From Thermoplasmata archaeon (lineage in GTDB: Archaea > Thermoplasmatota > Thermoplasmata > Halarchaeoplasmatales > Halarchaeoplasmataceae): 24,000 nucleotides of DNA. The notes under the pieces were generated by a model. That model was not told the origin of the DNA. It ran no database searches and saw only the letters and a list, made by a program, of their open reading frames with translations. A program made the translations under genes and the position numbers. The DNA lies in the NCBI GenBank assembly GCA_003555395.1, contig PWHU01000064.1:14204-38203 (forward strand), read 5' to 3'. Numbering within the stretch: the stretch's first letter is position 1; each line of letters starts with the position of its first letter. Positions 22,347-24,000 of this stretch are shown here, piece by piece.

Positions 22347-24000
22347 TTGCATTTGGAAAAGGTTAGGATGGAAAATTTTAAGTCGTTTGGCCAAGAGATG
22401 GAAATTCCCTTTAGAGAGGGTTATACTAACATCACTGGACCAAATGGATCAGGGAAATCTAATATCGTCGACGCTATTTTATTCGTACTGGGGCCTAAAA
22501 GTTCCAAGGAGATAAGAGCTGGTCGTCTGACGGATTTGATATTCAACGGTGGAAAGAACGGTAAAGAAGCAAGCTACTGCAAAGTGAGTCTTGCTTTCGA
22601 GAACGAAGACAGAACAATACCACTCGACGAAGATAAAGTCACCTTCACAAGAAAGGTGAAAAGATCTGACAATGAACAGGGATATAATTCGTATTTTTAC
22701 GTGAACGGAAGAAGATCAACTTTGAACGAATTTCAAGATCTTTTGGCTCACGCTAGAATATCTCCTGATGGATACAACATAGTTCAGCAGGGCGATATTG
22801 CTAAGATCGTAGAGATGGGACCGACGGAGAGAAGAAGGATCCTGGATGATATTTCAGGAATAAGTGAATACGACGAGGAGATAGAAGAAGCCGAAGAAAA
22901 AAAGGAGGACGTGGCACAAGATCTTGAAAGGATAAACATACTTTTGGACGAGATAAACAGCCAAGTTGAAGAACTGGAAGAAGATAGAAAGAAAGCGCTG
23001 CGGTATCAAGAACTGTCAGACAAAAAGTCCGAAGCTAAAGAGATGAAAGCGTGGAAATTGCTGCAAGACACCCAGAACCACATAACTTCCATCGAAAAGG
23101 ACATCGAAGATAACAAAGAAAGTATAGAAAAGAAGAAAGAGAAAAAAGAGGAATATAAAGAGAAGAAGAAAAAGACAACAGAGAGAATAGAGGAATTAAA
23201 AGAAGAATTGGAAAATAAAGGTAGCACGAAGAGCAAAGAGCTTCAAAAACGCATAAATGACTTGAAATTAAAGATAGGCAGGGCGGACGACAAAAAAGAA
23301 GATGCTCAATACACGATAAAAAACGATAAGAAAAAAAGAGAGAAATTAAAATCACTTTTAGATGAGAAAAAGGAAGAACTTTCAAAGAAAAGTAAAAAAG
23401 TGAAAGAAATTGAAGATAATAAAAATAAAATAGAGAAAGAATTAGAAAAAGTTAGTAAGGAAATAGAGGAGATCGAGGAAAAACAATCCGACTCAGATGA
23501 GAGGATAAAAGATCTGAAAAAAGATTCCATCGAACTGAGAAAAAAAATCGAAGATAAGAATGACAAATTATCCAAAAAGAAAATAGAACACGATACAGTC
23601 AAAGACAAGATAGAAAGGACTATGGAGGAGATCGCTGAATTAGAGGAAGATAAAGAAGATTTAGAATTTGAAAAAAGAGAAAAGGAGATGGAATTAGAGG
23701 ATATAAGCGAGGAGAACGAAGAACATGATGAAAAATTGAGTGGATTGAAAGATGAATTCCACGAGAAAAAGCGTAAGGAGAAGAAGCTTAGGAAAGATAA
23801 AAGCGACCTAGAAGAGAGGGTGAGTCGTCTAAAAAGAAAATATGAGCAATTGAAGGCACAAGAAAAAGCGGCTAAGTCGGTAAAAAAGGGTTACAATCGT
23901 GCCGTTTCAACCATACTCGAGGCAAGAGATAAAGGAGATCTTGAAGGTGTACATGGTACCATTGCCGAACTAGCGGACGTTCAGGATGAATACGAAACTG
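22347..24000 (+). CDS. smc: Chromosome segregation ATPase SMC, N-terminal 551 codons; gene runs off the window end
   Basis: The frame is open from 22347 to 24000, which is why it is absent from the ORF track. The predicted start is TTG at 22347 with GGAGG at 22333-22337. This gives (M)HLEKVRMENFKSFGQEMEIPFREGYTNITGPNGSGKSNIVDAILFVLG (Walker A), then QGDIAKIVEMGPTERRRILDDISGI, and then a long Lys/Glu-rich coiled coil. The first in-frame ATG (22368) would remove the conserved N-terminal strand. Confidence 0.9.
   Translation, partial: MHLEKVRMENFKSFGQEMEIPFREGYTNITGPNGSGKSNIVDAILFVLGPKSSKEIRAGRLTDLIFNGGKNGKEASYCKVSLAFENEDRTIPLDEDKVTFTRKVKRSDNEQGYNSYFYVNGRRSTLNEFQDLLAHARISPDGYNIVQQGDIAKIVEMGPTERRRILDDISGISEYDEEIEEAEEKKEDVAQDLERINILLDEINSQVEELEEDRKKALRYQELSDKKSEAKEMKAWKLLQDTQNHITSIEKDIEDNKESIEKKKEKKEEYKEKKKKTTERIEELKEELENKGSTKSKELQKRINDLKLKIGRADDKKEDAQYTIKNDKKKREKLKSLLDEKKEELSKKSKKVKEIEDNKNKIEKELEKVSKEIEEIEEKQSDSDERIKDLKKDSIELRKKIEDKNDKLSKKKIEHDTVKDKIERTMEEIAELEEDKEDLEFEKREKEMELEDISEENEEHDEKLSGLKDEFHEKKRKEKKLRKDKSDLEERVSRLKRKYEQLKAQEKAAKSVKKGYNRAVSTILEARDKGDLEGVHGTIAELADVQDEYET

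Noticed and set aside
22285-22515. 76-aa plus-strand ORF (MHSKLAAAFDAQ...)
   Set aside because: It is out of frame with smc and overlaps it. The smc frame has the conserved N-terminus and Walker A motif exactly here, whereas this ORF has an atypical basic, W/L-rich composition.
22860-23900. Highly repetitive A/G-rich DNA (gaa/aaa/gag runs) that looks like a repeat array, with S/L/F-rich minus-strand ORFs (23006-23608)
   Set aside because: It is the Lys/Glu-rich coiled-coil arm of SMC read in frame. It has no fixed period or spacer structure, so it is neither a CRISPR array nor a satellite.
1-24000. Search for CRISPR arrays, rRNA genes, IS elements/transposases, toxin-antitoxin pairs and known defence genes
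   Set aside because: I saw no regularly spaced repeats, no transposase-like ORFs with terminal inverted repeats, and no nuclease/ATPase gene pairs typical of defence islands. All large ORFs are accounted for by housekeeping or transport functions.

Overview
This is a compact archaeal chromosomal segment. It is AT-biased, has short intergenic gaps, and carries about 23 genes on both strands. Archaeal origin is clear from aRF1, aIF5B/IF-2, archaeal-type SAM synthetase, Pus10, ribosomal protein L21e, RNA polymerase subunit F (Rpo4) and SMC. The very Asp/Glu-rich proteins together with low GC suggest a small-genome salt-in halophile, possibly Nanohaloarchaeota-like; this is inference only. In order, the window holds: a partial DUF1611 gene overlapping a PLP enzyme; a small membrane/zinc-ribbon protein; a DtxR-family regulator followed by a ZnuABC/TroABC-type metal-uptake operon; a 1137-aa acidic surface protein; prf1-argS; tRNA-Lys(CUU); a short tyrosine recombinase; an M20 hydrolase; SAM synthetase; infB; a GNAT; MgtC; a Pus10-L21e-RpoF-DUF655 operon; a 55-codon ORF; and the 5' part of smc. 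Two genes are open at the window edges and so are missing from the ORF track (1-861 minus; smc 22347-24000 plus). I found no CRISPR array, rRNA, IS element or recognisable defence locus, and I see no convincing multi-gene novel system. The region is mostly housekeeping. The points most worth a second look are: (1) aRF1 reads GGF where the universal catalytic GGQ should be; (2) the metal-binding protein carries two copies of a His/Asp-rich module I do not recognise, one at the position of the ZnuA His-loop and one C-terminal; (3) the 3' end of tRNA-Lys is duplicated 107 bp downstream, bracketing an 81-bp hairpin-rich insert, next to a catalytic-domain-only tyrosine recombinase; (4) the surface protein is densely decorated with N-glycosylation sequons and contains a recent tandem domain duplication.
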